Assembly: GCA_040954595.2 (NCBI GenBank)
Contig: CM082588.2
Location: forward strand, 5,530,202 to 5,594,201
Direction: 5' to 3'
DNA from: Balanoglossus misakiensis
Taxonomy: Eukaryota > Animalia > Hemichordata
DNA: 64,000 bases
In this document: in pieces, positions 24,001 to 38,220 of the stretch
Position numbering within the stretch: the first letter of the stretch is position 1
How the letters are laid out: each line of letters begins with the position of its first letter
Translations under genes and position numbers: made by a program
Notes under the pieces: generated by a model
Seen by the model: only the letters and a program-made list of their open reading frames with translations
Told to the model about the DNA's origin: nothing
Database searches by the model: none

Positions 24001-27000
24001 AAACACATTTTCTACAATTCGTGCTGGATAATATCTACTGCTTCATCAAGGTATTGATTAACACATCCTCCAGGGTATTGATAATTACCATGGTAACAGT
24101 GCAAGTAGCAAAAAATTACAACATTATACACTTGTGAGTGGAACTATCAGTCTACATTTACTGATAATGGCCATAATGACACTTGGCAAGGTGGAATGTA
24201 ATAATGATACTGATAAAAAGTGAAATTATACACCCACTGTCTCACACATCGCAAATTTCCTTTTTTTCCATCATTTTTTTCAAAACTGGCAGGTTGGCTT
24301 TTAGCACGTTGTGGATACATGCGCTATAAAGGAAGTCACTCTTATTATTATTATATTAATAATACATTATAGTGTCAGGCTTATCATTGCTTCTGTAATA
24401 ACTAATATAAAAACATAATGTCACTTTATAAGGCTGAATGACTGTCTGCATTTAGAAAAGTTATTAGCTTACTCCAATTTCCGGAATGATGATAAAATTG
24501 CTCTGTAATTTCACCACAGTCTAATAAATTCACATGTATGCAAAATGACTAAACTACAGTCACGTTTCAATCCCATGCATCACAACTCATGGACGTTTAT
24601 TTTTCAGTTTTGCTTTAGCTACACTGTAGCCTTCAAGCCATTGCCAATTGGTTAGATTGGGTTGTAATAGCACTAGTAAGCCTGCTGTCTCGGCAGATTT
24701 GCAAAAAGCGTTTGACTACTTTAATAGACACGATGACTGACAAATGATGGGAAGTCTCAAGAGACAGGACAGAAACAATTTACAACAAGACTGACAATGT
24801 CAAAAGCCCAGGAGAGGGCCTGACTTCATTGAGAAAACTCAATTAACTGAAGTCTGGACGGACGGCTCAAAAGGAGACGAAATTACGATTAAATTGTCTG
24901 CATTCGAGGGGTCAGCGAAATTGAGTTAACTCTGCAAAAACATGCAATAACTCCCTAATTGCTGATATGAAAGGTTGTTTTGTACGGAATTCCCAAAGTT
25001 CCACGCATTTCAAAAGTTCAGTGAATGTGGTCGGCGATAAGCAAGATGTCGTGACATCCATGCTGGGTTATATACAGAGTGAAAATGCAGATCTTTGCAT
25101 CGTTTTAAGCGCATTAAAGTTGCCTCTTTTGTGAAACATGCTTGTAGTTACAAAAGCGAAGGAGTTCCTTTTTGTATGAAAAAATAGAGTGAATTAATTT
25201 AAGACTAGTTAATACACAAATCCTCAAGTGGTTTAACTGGCAGCTCAACTGAAACTTTTCGCACTTGCATGTGTTACACACAATGTTTAACAAAATTTAC
25301 AAACAAAGGTAAAAAAAACCCACACAACTTGAAGACTTCAAGATATCCCACATGCCGATATCTTAATGTGAATGATGATCAATTCTGAATAGTGTGAATA
25401 TATACAGTAGCTTTTAGTCTATCATAAAATATGCAAGACCCATGAGGTCACTTCTCTTCCTCTCTAGGATTTATAGAGAGAATTGGACCAGTGGGACGAT
25501 GAAATATTCATGAAAATGGACAAATTTGCCTGATTAACCACAGAATCGTTTTGTCCACATTTGAACAATTACAACACGTTTATTAAGTCATGTTTATTGA
25601 CAATACCCCAATGGCCCTCATCCAGATCATCATCATTTTAAACTGACTGAAAAAAACAAGAAATTGTTATATTCGTTAATTATAGCCCCCAATGGCCTTT
25701 TTGATTGATTGGTGCATATATACATTTGATAAAGACCCCTCAGGGATGTACATGTTTACACCCACATTCTGTCGTGGATCAATTATCATTTTTATGACAA
25801 AAACAAGTTCTTTTTTTACATTAAAATACAACGCATTGGTGTGTTTATCCACAGGTTTACTGGGTACTGGTATATGTATGTAGTATTTATTTAGTGTTGG
25901 TGCAAATTTCCCCCACATCTGCAAAAAATAAATTTCCATCTAATATTGTGGCGATTTTTAATTTTAGGGTGGAATCCATATTTAAGAAACCCCACCTTTC
26001 AAACAAGCTTTTTTTATATCTACATTGTACAGCTGTTGAAGGGGATGGAATGAATACAGTAAACAAAACTAAACACTGCTTACACATCGAAAGATGTTTC
26101 AATAATAGAGTCCCTGGAAATTGGATCCTTCCTATGATATATGAAGGCCCCGTAGCCAACGGGCCGAGAACAGCGACCATCAATACAGACAGAGGATATG
26201 CATCAATGGCTTTTTGTCATAAATAATTGAACACGTCATTGAGTTAGGATTCTCAGCTTCCAATCAATAATTTTAATATCATTTTTTTTCGTGTCGGTTA
26301 TATGAAAAATATGGTTCACAAACTTGGATAGCAAAAGTCATTTTGAATACTAACTCTGAAATTTGCTACACTGAAAATAATTACAATTCCACAAGCAATA
26401 CATTTCCCAACTTTTAAACTTCCCTGACTATAACTGCAGTCATTAAAATGCATTGTTTTTTCATATTTGCTAAAAAATACACGATTTATCAGAGATGGGT
26501 TGATAATATCTGGACTTCATCATAATTGACTGTTTTATTGGCTTTGCAAGATAAAGAAATTCAATCGAAAAGTGTGAAAAGTCAGAAAATTCCAAGAGCA
26601 CAGGTCATGAAATTGGACAATCAACTGCTGTAATGCTAGTATACAGTCCATGAATGGCAAATTTAGTATTTCCTTTGAAAATGATGAAAAAGGAAAATCT
26701 GACATGATAACCACAAAATCTGCCAGCTGACAAAATTGACTGCCAGACACTCTGCGAGACAAATCCTAATTTGTTGGCCATTTAAAAAAAATGGCATGTC
26801 ATTACCTGTTCAGGTTTGAAAATATATTCAAATCAAAATTAATACTGTGACAGTAATACTTGAAAATATAAATACATGTACTTGCTTTTCTAGAATCTGT
26901 CTCTCTGATGTGTATTCTAGACACTATGATTTCCCCTGTGGCCATTAAGAATTATAGGGTATAGGGTAGAAACCAGGTACATGTTGTATAGACAGTTAAA

Positions 27001-29456
27001 TTTTATGAAAGTCCATTAACAGCCATCATCATGTTTTACAGCACATTGGATCTCCAGGAATTGTCGCCCAGAATAAAGTACAAAAAATCATTGGATTTTA
27101 CCAACGGATGTAACAGCAGCAGTGTCACTAGGTAAGTTTGATCCTATGAAAATTATGTGCAATGCAGCGGCCATTTTGATATTATACTTAAAGAAGGACT
27201 TATCATCACTAGGAAATCATATGTAATCTTATCTACATTGTATTACATGTGTGTATGAGAAAGTTGTCAACTTGCTATCAATTTCCCTTGAAAAAAAATC
27301 ACTAAGCTTTGGATAGATTACTTAAATTAATTATACATATAAATATGTCAGAAACTGAAATTAAGAAATAAAATTTGGTATGTTTTCGATATTATGACTG
27401 ACAGCTATGTATTTTTTCCGTTTTGCAAAATCAACACCAAAGAGTTGAGGCTGTCAATATTTATTCATTATTCATCGTTACATGTGAAACATTTGCCCGG
27501 AGGGAAACGGCGTGTTGAAATTACAAATTTGTCCTAATTGATTCTCACCAGTCATAAAAGGATTACGTTTGCTCGATATTTTACTTCAAGCATTAACATT
27601 TCATGGGTAAATGTGTCGTGTGTAAGGATCTCTTTCTGCGCTTTGATAGAGACACACAAGTCGAACTCCGAGATGTGATCAATATATGCCTGCTCACAAT
27701 TTGTGTACAGTTCAGTTTAATCATCGGTAGGTAATCAAATTATACACGGCTGATGGCATTTTAAATAAAGTTATTGCTGGCACGCACACCTTTGCTGCAC
27801 TAGTACACCTAAATCATCTCACATTACTGTCAGGTATATTGCACTTTCGCTGCCAGAATGTTGAGAAGTAGTAGTTTTCACATTTGTTTAATGAATATTT
27901 CATCAAAATAATTGAGAATTTATTGTAGGTAAAAACTGGTTACAGATTTGAAATAGCAGACTCTCTCTGAAGATGAGTTGACAACTATAGTCCTTGCAGA
28001 CCAATAGGAATTCAAGAGCGGCAAAGAACAATAAATTTTGGGGTGAATTGAATGATAAAACTATTGTAAAAAAAAATATAGATGGAGTTGAGTGTCCCTG
28101 ATGTTGGTGTTTTGCTTACGTGCTACACAAATTGTGATGTGGCAGTGCAGCATTTGGAATTCTGGACATGGAAGGAAATAATGGTGTGTGGCGGACGAAA
28201 ATGAGCTTTTAAGTACAGGAAACCATCTCTGAGGGGCTGCCACTGAAATCCATTTTAATCGTTTCCACTCCGCTAAAAGTCGGCACTTAATACAGAGACA
28301 ATCGTTTCCTACAGGAAGTCGATATCAGCTGACAGTATGTGCAGCAATTACATGTGTGGCATTTTTAGCACCGGATCTGGCAACTCAATAGTGTTCTGAT
28401 TGCTTTCGCATCATATGCAATCACACGGAGCAATAAACGATCAGAGATGCATATGACTGGCATTCTTAATCAGGTATGTCACACATTTGTCTGGGTATAG
28501 TGTGCAAACTTCCCTAGCTGAATGGCAGCTTAAAGGCCGGCTAAGCCAGTTACAGATTAAGGACATATGACAGCAACTCAGCGAGGGCTGGTTCATCAAC
28601 ATGTTGAGGTGTTATTCCAAAGTCAGAGAGACGACATTTGAGGGTGTTTAAAATTAAAGGAATTTGAGACACCAGTGGATTTGATTGATGATATTGCAGA
28701 TGACTGTCATTACTACCAAAGATCATACCATACATTGGTATGAGTACTTTTGTCGCTGATCATACACATATAACTGAACTGTTTCCTTAAGCTTTATAAT
28801 TTTGACGGGGATCTAAATCCACTGTTTGGTGAATTCAAATATTTTATCGATTCAAAATATGTTAAAAGTGGCAGCTATTGGGGCTTTAAGACTTTGAGTC
28901 ATTCACTGAGATCTCTACACTGAGCGGTATCATTACCTAATGCATTTAGAAGCATTATGCATCTGAGAACTTTTCTATACTGCGGTGTATTTTACTTTCT
29001 TGATTCTCCTGAGTATCTGACAAAGCTGGGTTCATCAAGGTTATCCGGATCTATTCACTTTTCTCCCCATTTCCATTTGTTTGGGATAAAAAAACAATCC
29101 CGTTAATGGAAGCGAGATACACGCAGATGAGCCGAATGGAAATGTTATCCGATGATGCGGTAGACACGAGTGAAAAGTTCGCAGAATCCTACATTAATCC
29201 GCACAGCTGAATACTATGACAGTGTCTTCCGCCGATAACCCTTGTTATACTCATCATTCCTGACGATGTTGTAGGATACATGCATGCCCCACAGTATCAC
29301 AGGGATGACATAAATTCACAGTACCACGAACATCACATGTTTCTAGTAGATTTGTTTTGATGGATTGCATGTTAATACTGATTGCTTTGATATACCGTAC
29401 AGCATGTACTGAGATGCAAATGTCACAATTGACTCTTGCCATCCCAGCTACATTAA

Positions 29457-29542
29457 CCCTTTCACCACCATGGTTCAGTCCAAACCCATAGTTTTCTATG
29501 GTAAGGTTGGACCTCTAAAGAGAGAACTTAGGGGTGAAAGGG
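29457..29542. mobile_element. piggyBac-like MITE (86 bp) with TTAA target-site duplication
   Basis: TTAA-CCCTTTCACC ... GGTGAAAGGG-TTAA. Related partial copies at ~60201-60278 (inverted), ~41048 and ~46660. Confidence 0.75.
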
Positions 29543-29926
29543 TTAAAGCACAGTCCCTCCGAAATAGCCATGCATACCCAAAACATCGACAGATTATTTT
29601 CTAGCTCTCATCCATTTGTCAAACTGTCTTTCATTGCATGTCACTCTCTAATCTCTGCCTCACTCCAGTCTGTCTCTATCACCGCCTATTTTCCCACTTT
29701 AAGTAGCGCAGCTTAAAGGGAGAGTAGATAACGTCATTCAATGACTGCCAGACAGTCATGTTTTTTCTCTCAGTAAAATGGTGTTCCTGTTGCCAGATCA
29801 ATGAGGAATCAAGACGTGGGAACGAGTGATAAGACAGGCAGCAATGGGCCTCGGTGTGGCAATAAAAGCACATGGTACAAAATGGCAAAGCCATGCGCAA
29901 TTGGAAAAACAGCAGTGGCCCTTTAA

Positions 29927-30008
29927 AGGTATACAGTCACCTATAATTTATATATATGGCTTAAATGGTGAGTGTTCTATAGAACATATTATGGTGACCA
30001 GTGTGCCT
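29927..30008. mobile_element. Kolobok-like MITE (82 bp) with TTAA target-site duplication
   Basis: TTAA-AGGTATACAGTCACC ... GGTGACCAGTGTGCCT-TTAA; imperfect terminal inverted repeats with AGG/CCT termini. Confidence 0.6.
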
Positions 30009-31954
30009 TTAAAGCCCATATGACGTGCCACTGACTCAACAAACTCACTGGTGACTCAAGAAAATGTTCACACTACATGCAAAGGTATAGGGCTGAAATT
30101 TTTAGAAATCCTCAAATTGACTTAAACTTTAAAAAATTATTTTTGTTTAGGGTTCATTGGTGGTGACAATCTTTTTTGTGTGGCCACCAACTGAAAATCT
30201 GTGATTGAACAAAATCTCCATATTCCATGATAACCGTGAGTAAATTTGAATAGGCGACTGTATACGTATACTACCGACATAATTATCAAACAACACCTGG
30301 AACTATTCACTTTGCTGGAATGTGTGTAAACAGCACGATTTGGATCACAGGCAGAGCAGCAGTGCACCTGTGCCTGTGTCAATAAAATGTGCAAGCCTTG
30401 TACTTTTGATTAGGTTTTCCACTTTGTAATTATTTCATGCCGAGTTTCATTTGATTAACAACACTCTGCGGAACACCAGAATTGGTTGTAATTTTTTGTA
30501 ATTTCCCCCGACGCCATCAATAAAACATGACACATGGTGACTTCCTGGAACGGAGACCAATGAACTCTGAGTGCGTATCCCGGCAACCACACAACAATAA
30601 AATGCTGCCGGTCGGTCGCAACCAAAATCATGTCAGACATTATCAACCAGAATTCAAACGAAAATGAAAGGAACTTTATACAGCTGAGAAATTAATTAAT
30701 TTCTAAGGGATTTATAAAGGAGCTATGCATCACAGACAATGAAATACACCATCCAAGGCTCCAGGCTTCATATTTTCATTTTTATTTCTCTTTATATTAA
30801 TAAAATACGAACTAAGAGTATGTGACGCGATAGAAAATTTGCACAGATACAGTGCAATGTCCCTTTAAACCGTTCAGATGAAACTTATACTCCAGGTCAG
30901 AAAGTTCTATCTTCCCGCTTCCAAGCAGGTTTGATTATATCGCTTCCGATGTCCTGATTAATTTTATCAAACGGATCTGGAGTAAGTCAACCTCTGCCTG
31001 AGGCCAAAAACATCTGCATTTCTGGTTGCAAAGTACATTTATCGACCAGAAGTCCTTTTACAATAATTAATCATATCTTCCATTATTATATCCTGTCAAC
31101 ACATAAAACTAGGGCTTTGAATTTGCATGTATGAAATATTCTCAAAGTAATCCGTTTATGACATTTATTTATTTCATGCTTGGTTGTTCTGGCATAGAAT
31201 TACTTATCAATACAAAACGAAAATGCACCAGTGTACCGTAGAAAATGAGGGGATCAATATGGACGATCATGTTTCATTGAGAATAATTGCTTTACTTGCT
31301 CATATTCATAACGTTGCCCACTTATGTACACAAATGCCATTGGCTTACATCAGCTGCTTGTATTACTGCCACGGTAAGTTCAGCTAACTAGGAATCTTTT
31401 AAATTAAAGGCTTCCCAAGTTTTATTTTGAAATAAGAGAAACACAAATTAAATTTAAAGTTTCTACTGTCCTCTAAAACCTATATACTAATGTCTTCAAA
31501 TTAAATCATTAAAATGGATCATTCAAATATAAAATTGCATTTTGTAAAATATTTTGAAACAGAAAATGTTTTAGGTTAAATGAATAACCAGAATCAGAAG
31601 GAATGGATTCTGCTTAAGAAATAAATGTAGAACTGGTACTTTTACAGGTGGAAACGTTATACCTTATCACTAGCACACAATTCATAATTCACCTGGTATA
31701 GAAATGTCTTGTGCAACTGATACCTGCCGACTGGGAAACAACAAAGACATGTTGAAATATATACCACTGAGAAATCAACACTGCTCTACAACAAGTCTTT
31801 GGGAAACAGCCACTAACATCAAAGACTCCATTATACCTGGGAACTTGAGACAGCCACACAGGATTAATGTAGAACAGAATGGGTTCACTTGTATAATGCC
31901 TGGAGTGTTACTGAAAGATTCATGTACAGTACATTGATGCACCACAAACCATTA

Positions 31955-32175
31955 GGGAAGTACCACTTGATTTCTCGGGGGTGGGGGTGGGGTGAAGGAG
32001 GATTTTTCGGAGGGAAAAAATTGACAGATGGTGCCAAGGATAATAATTGCTTCTGCAATGCCTTGAAGAAAAAGGTGGACTTGAATTCGAATAACAAAAT
32101 TGCTGTAACAGTGGGTGAAAAAATAATTGCTGACATACATAACACCCCCCCCCCACAAATCAAATGGTTCTCCCC
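31955..32175. mobile_element. PIF/Harbinger-like MITE (221 bp) with TTA target-site duplication
   Basis: TTA-GGGAAGTACCACTTGATTT ... AAATCAAATGGTTCTCCCC-TTA; terminal inverted repeats match 16/19. A homologous copy lies at 13859. Confidence 0.7.
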
Positions 32176-35100
32176 TTATTTGTAGTACACATGTCGGTCT
32201 TCATAGGGGACTTCATGCTTTTATGAGTTTGCATCTAGCAGCTTTGCTGACAATGTTTTGAGAAACCCTACATCTTCAGAGCAGACATAAATCCAAAATT
32301 TACTAAAAATTTCACCATTTTACCGCCAGAATAAAGCCAAGCACACAATAAACTACGAAGTTTGATTTTTGAAAAAGAAATTACATGAGATATTCCCAGT
32401 CTGATTCAGAGGAAGCCTTTATATTATGATTAAAAATTAAGTGTTGACAAAAATGGCTGAGATACAAAGAAGAAATAATAGATAGGTGAACACAGATAAT
32501 CTTTAGGCTGGTGCCACTACAATGATGAGATAGTAGGTTACCATCGGTAACCCTTAGATCAGTCTGTGTGCTTTTGGATGTACAGTATGGAGAGTTCTAC
32601 ATTATCTGCAGCCTATATATATTTCATTATACACACGAATTATTGACAAAGTGCTGATACAAAAGACAAGGAAATTCATCAAAATCGATTCACCGTAATC
32701 AGAGTGAGTAGAGGGAGATTCCATTGATGCAAGCACAAAAAATCAATGATTTGAATTGTGAACAACGCATCATGATAATCCAATTGAACGGGAAATGGGT
32801 TTTCAATTCTGATCTATAATAAAATGTTTAGGATTGATCTCTTCAAACTGCAAGTCAAATAATCACTTACGATGTCTCAGATCCCTTCATCTGCCTTGTT
32901 TTTTTCTGTGTTTTAATTGCTGTTTTGATACTGTGCATTATAATTGAAATCCAATAAAATTCATTAAATTTTGCAAACTGTACAAACAGAAATCATGAAA
33001 ATGACAATGACTTTTGATTGTCATGATTATTATAAGACAATGTGCTGTTCCATGTCACTTTGATGCACCACGACAGATACATTTCCTTCATTTCGTCGAT
33101 CTCTCTCTCTTCTCCCCCCCCCCCCTTCTCTCTTTCTCTCTCTGTTTCTCCAGTCAAAAGTGGCATGATGATTATAATCATAGATCAAATCACATTGACA
33201 AGCAATCCGTGATAACTTTATGGGTGGGAATAAGAGCTCCACGTACGTGTACACGCAGCCAACAGTCCCGTCAACTTGCCTACAGCAAAATGTGAGGTCA
33301 TGCAGATTTTATAATATGCTACATTCCCCATCTAACTGTGGTATCCGATGATAGGCTGGACTTTTTTCTCTTGCTCATGGTATCATTGCTTGATGTCTCA
33401 TCAGAGACTTTTAATAGTTTATTCGCTGCGACATTCCTACATTCATTGATTAGAAACAGGACGAGGCTGTACTTGTATTCGCAATCTGGTTGTGTGACTT
33501 ATGTTAGCAGGGTGTCAAATGGGCAGTAACAATAGACAGGCATTTGGAATATGCAGTTCCCTAATAACCCACAAAACCTTGTGGACATACTCACTCAGAC
33601 CACCAGATTGCATATGGCCATATGGCCGTGTTTCCTAGCTCACATGTACACCTCTGCACTGAAAAATAGGAAACGACTAAAACTCTTACTCTTAGTCAGA
33701 ATTATTGAAGCGGCGTCGAACCACGTACGACGATCACAGTTCCAGACATTTGATGACAGGGTATCCATAGAGCCTTAGAGGTCAAAAGGTCACAAAGTCA
33801 ACTCAGATGGCCAGACTGTCTGTAAATAAAAAGGGGTAAATACTTTCTGAAGCACACTGCAGTGCACACATGTACAAATGTTCACTTTGAACGTCATTTT
33901 CTTTGTCAGGATTTGCCGCAACTGGTGACCCTCACTTGCACTAAACTTTTCTAAAAACAATAGACATCATTACCATAACAATCGCATGTAGTGTTATGCA
34001 AATCAGCCACTATTGTCAAAAGTTCCTGAAGTGAGACTTTGCACTTTTTTTCACAAAAGTTCTTGGTCATTTAAATGTTAATTTTTTGAAATACCAAAAG
34101 CTAATCATTTCTTTTCACATCGTCAAAATTATAAAAAAACACGACAGTAAAAGATAGTTGCCCTTTAACTATAATTACGCTACAGAAAATACACAAAAAC
34201 GGCATTTTTCCTGCACACATACCAAAACAGTGTGAAGTTGTCCTCACAGACATCTGCCCAGACATTGACCAAATTCCTAATGGATTAAACACATCCTCTA
34301 TAGAGTGAGTCTACTTGCTCAAATCATCAATCATCAGTTAAAGTACTTTCCGTTTTCCTCTCATCAAATAATACTTCAGGAAAGAGTCTTTATTCATGAG
34401 CGCGACCACCACTTCGTTTTGGCTCGGCAGAACCCTGAAAGACATTATTGAAAGTTGTATTTCTGACTCAGCTAGCATCCTCTGGGGTGAGAGACCACAA
34501 TGCCTATTTATGCAGAATTGCAAACAGAAAGGTGGTTTTTCTCTTAGTCTTATCAAAGGATGTCTTTCAACCAAGCTCTCAAGTCTAGGATTTGCAAGCA
34601 CCCAGGGCAGGGACTATCACCGGACAAAAGCTTGCCAAGATGGTTTTTTGCATATCAAAGCATTCTGCAGTCATAGAGATGTGTATACTCCAATTGAATT
34701 ACAGCTAACATTACTCACTATACATTAGCTGAGCTACGATTAATTATGGATGCAGGCACGCATGGTTACACTAACTCTGCAAACAATCAACCCCTCTCTG
34801 TCAATATAGACTGTGTTAATACCACGCCCAAACTGAATATATTTCCCATCCTCTCACTTGTGTTAATACACTATTTTCCACTCATTACAAGATCTAGCCA
34901 GACTTGGTTAATTCATTATGGTTAATTACCGTAGCAACGGGTTGCTATACCAAAGTACTACAAGCCAAGCTTTGTATGAAACTGGAACTGGCAGATAGTT
35001 TAACAGAAACTTGTGACTTCTGTGGGTTTTTTAATGATGGGCCAGGTGTTTTTATTCTTGCGTGTCACATGAGAACATCCTCCAATATAAACTGCCAAGC

Positions 35101-35759
35101 CACGCGAGATCTCGCGGGATCTCATGGAATTCTGAAAATGGTCTATTGTGACGCATCTTAATACTGAAAGCTTTTACAAGTGAATATACACAGAATGAAC
35201 AAATATTGAAGCTCACAGACTTGCATGGGTGCATAGCTTTTTATTTAAGACGGTCAATTAAAATTCACTTAAAAATAAAATCCCCAACAAACTTGAATCA
35301 AATAACTTTATGAAAAATTCAAACTGCAATTCTTTTCAAATGCAATTCAAAAAACCTCGACATTAATTTTCAGTTCCTATGGCAACAATGAATATATCTG
35401 AGTTCAGCTTTTAAAATCCTGTCTGCCATAGACATAAAGACGGGCAAGCAATTTCAGCTCGCTTCACAATTAACCTGTTGACATAAAGGCGGGTTCATCC
35501 ACAGGCAGTGACATCAGACTGCCATTTTCCGAAGAAGAAAAAAAAATACATCTCTCAATTTTCATTTTCATAATCTTATACTTAATGGCTTGTGCTAATG
35601 CAGGCCTACCACAGTTCAGTGAGTGGCATTACTGGAAATGGCTGTCATTGGTTTTTTAGAGCACATACTCTTAATGAAACATGGTAACATTCAAAAAGAT
35701 CATTGTTGCGTATCCACCCAATAGTAATATTTAAAAAAAATCAAAACTAGATATTAATT

Positions 35760-35990
35760 TTTGAAGGTTACTTTGGGCATATACAAATTGTTATGAAAAT
35801 TGTATTCAAATTTGGAGGTTACTTTTGAGGATTTTCAAATTGTTATGAAAATTGTATTCAAATTTGGAGGTTACTTTTGAGGATTTTCAAATTGTTATGA
35901 AAATTGTATTCAAATTTGGAGGTTACTTTTGAGGATTTTCAAATTGCTATGAAAATTGTATTCACATTTGGAGGTCACTTTGGGCATAAA
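35760..35990. repeat. 52-bp minisatellite, ~4.3 copies
   Basis: GGAGGTTACTTTT-type anchor recurs with period 52 (GGT at 35817, 35869, 35921, 35973). Confidence 0.92.
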
Positions 35991-37005
35991 TCAAAATTGC
36001 TTTAAAATGGGACAATCCAATAAATAGACAAACCTAACTAAATGAAATGATGCTTTTACATACATTCTCTTTCATTTAAATATTATGACATAATATAAAT
36101 TGCAAACTGAGATCATTTAAAATTGAACTTTTAAGCAAATACTTAAAATCACATTTCTATTTCCCAACTCTCGACGAGCATTACTTCACCTGATCGCACG
36201 TGTAGCCTAAAAATAAAGTCGCAGCTGACCAGCCATGTGTGATCCATTGAAAGCAAAGAATGGCGCCTTTATTTTAGAGTACAACATGTTTTCAGGCAAT
36301 GAAGACCTACTCTTTTGTATTTCGTCACATCTTGGATTGTATCAGTCTGCCATATGCCAGTTCATATAATACTTTTCTATAGAAATACATGTATATGTAT
36401 GCTTGTTTCATAGAATATGTTTCAGTCACATCTGTCGACAGTGGCAATTGTTTTCTATTCTAATGTACTTTGCATTTTATGTGTTTCGACGATGATGATG
36501 CAAGAGCTGTTTGTTTTTTGGTAAATTTCCAGAATTGTTGTGCAACGTCACTCTCACACACCGACAACCTCAGGTCACTAATACCAGTATAGTAAAATAC
36601 ATCAATACATGAACATACATCATCCAAATTTACGCTTGGGATTGAAAGTAAGGAAAATCTCAGAGCTGGACTACCAGTGGTTTTACAGATATATTCATAC
36701 ATATATGAAAGAAAATATTGGTAATATTGAGAAATAAACTGACAATATTAAAGAAAAACAAAACAAAACAAATGAAAATATAATATTGAGCAAAAAGCTG
36801 ACATATATAAAATAAAACAAAACTGAGTAAATTAAAAGAGTAAATATGCTGATGAAAAAAAAATTACAACTGCAGTTTTAACATATAAAAAAGTTGCCAG
36901 GTTTTAAATTATTTTTGCAAATTCACTATATATTTCCACAAGTACAGGGAGGGAAGTTGATAGACAGAGTTGGATAAATAAATAAATATTTACCCAGGTT
37001 TGCAT

Positions 37006-38220
37006 TTAAAGATGTACTTCGGGTGGATCTGGTGATTCCCGACCATCTTTCGAAATGTCCGTGTAACCACGATGTTCTCCGTATGGTCCACTTTCCAGGG
37101 AATCTCTCGCAGCTTGGAAAACGGTGGAGCATCCAGTTTTTAATTGGTGACGTCTCAGAAACAGAACTCCCAGCAAGCATGCGATCAGAAAGGACATAAG
37201 AAGTCCTAGGACCACATAAGAGGGTTCGACGTAGTGTTGCATTGTGGGAGTGTGGTGGCACAGAAAGTCGCTTTCTTTTAATTCAACAATGCGTTTATTG
37301 ATGTTCTCAGGTGGGTATCCGTCGGCACACTTGAGTGAATCTTTATCCAGGACTGTGACGTTTGTTTCTGAGAGCCATTTGTAGAAATACTTGAGGTTGC
37401 AGTCGCAAGAAAACGGGTTGGCGTTAAGTTTTACCGTCAGATTGGTAAAGCCTTCCAAGTCAGCCAGTTCCTCTTTCTGCAACTTCCGAATTCCATTCTC
37501 ACTTAAGTCCAGCATTCCCAGGAATTCCAGGTTGGTGGGATCAAAAGTGCCCGGGGATATGCGCCCTATACTGTTGTTTCGCAGAGAGATCATTTCCAGA
37601 TGCTGGGATTTTTTGGTTCCGTTGATCAGAAACAATGTCGTTGGTATGACAACAAAGTCGTTCGAATCCAGCCAGAGGTTTTTAAGATTCGGCAAATATG
37701 ACCGGTTCAGGGCATGGTTGAGAGAACCGACAGACGAGGCGTTGAAAATGGCCTCTTTGAGGCTAAGACTTCTCAGATTATTCAAACTATTCAACATTTT
37801 GCTGTGCTCAAAGGTTAGGTCATTGTTATCGAGGATAAGTTCTTCCAGAGCAGGGAGATGCTTTCCTTGGAATGTCTTCACCTCGACTGACGTAATACTG
37901 TTGTTTGACAAGTCGAGTTTTTTTAGTCTAGGCAACGTACCGAACGGGTTCCCCGGTAGATCCAAGTCGGAGTTTCCCTGTATCGCCAGCGCGATCGTGG
38001 ACTCCGGGAAAGTTTGCCGGGTGCCCTCGTTTGGAGGGGGGAATCCGACACCAACGCAACGTACACTGAATCCACTCACCGGGTCGCCGGTGCAGTTGCA
38101 GGGCTTCGGGCAGAAGCTTTGGCCGGACGCAGTGGAAACAAAACTCACAAACAGCACCAACAGGAGATACGCCGGTCTATCCCACAAAAGCGAGCGCGAT
38201 GACCACTTCAATACCTCCAT
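37006..38220 (-). CDS. TPBG: Trophoblast glycoprotein (5T4/TPBG/TPBGL)-like LRR transmembrane protein, 404 aa, single coding exon
   Basis: Signal peptide, LRRNT (CPKPCNC), about 6-7 LxxLxLxxNxL repeats, LRRCT (NPFSCDCNLKYFYKWL...C) and TM PSYVVLGLLMSFLIACLLGVLFL resembling the 5T4 SYVFLG segment, then a short cytoplasmic tail. Intronless CDS, as in vertebrate TPBG. Confidence 0.85.
   Translation of the reverse strand: MEVLKWSSRSLLWDRPAYLLLVLFVSFVSTASGQSFCPKPCNCTGDPVSGFSVRCVGVGFPPPNEGTRQTFPESTIALAIQGNSDLDLPGNPFGTLPRLKKLDLSNNSITSVEVKTFQGKHLPALEELILDNNDLTFEHSKMLNSLNNLRSLSLKEAIFNASSVGSLNHALNRSYLPNLKNLWLDSNDFVVIPTTLFLINGTKKSQHLEMISLRNNSIGRISPGTFDPTNLEFLGMLDLSENGIRKLQKEELADLEGFTNLTVKLNANPFSCDCNLKYFYKWLSETNVTVLDKDSLKCADGYPPENINKRIVELKESDFLCHHTPTMQHYVEPSYVVLGLLMSFLIACLLGVLFLRRHQLKTGCSTVFQAARDSLESGPYGEHRGYTDISKDGRESPDPPEVHL

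Noticed and set aside
23500-36000. Many 60-110 aa ORFs in the gene-poor stretch
   Set aside because: No domains, no consistent splice phase, and sizes expected by chance.
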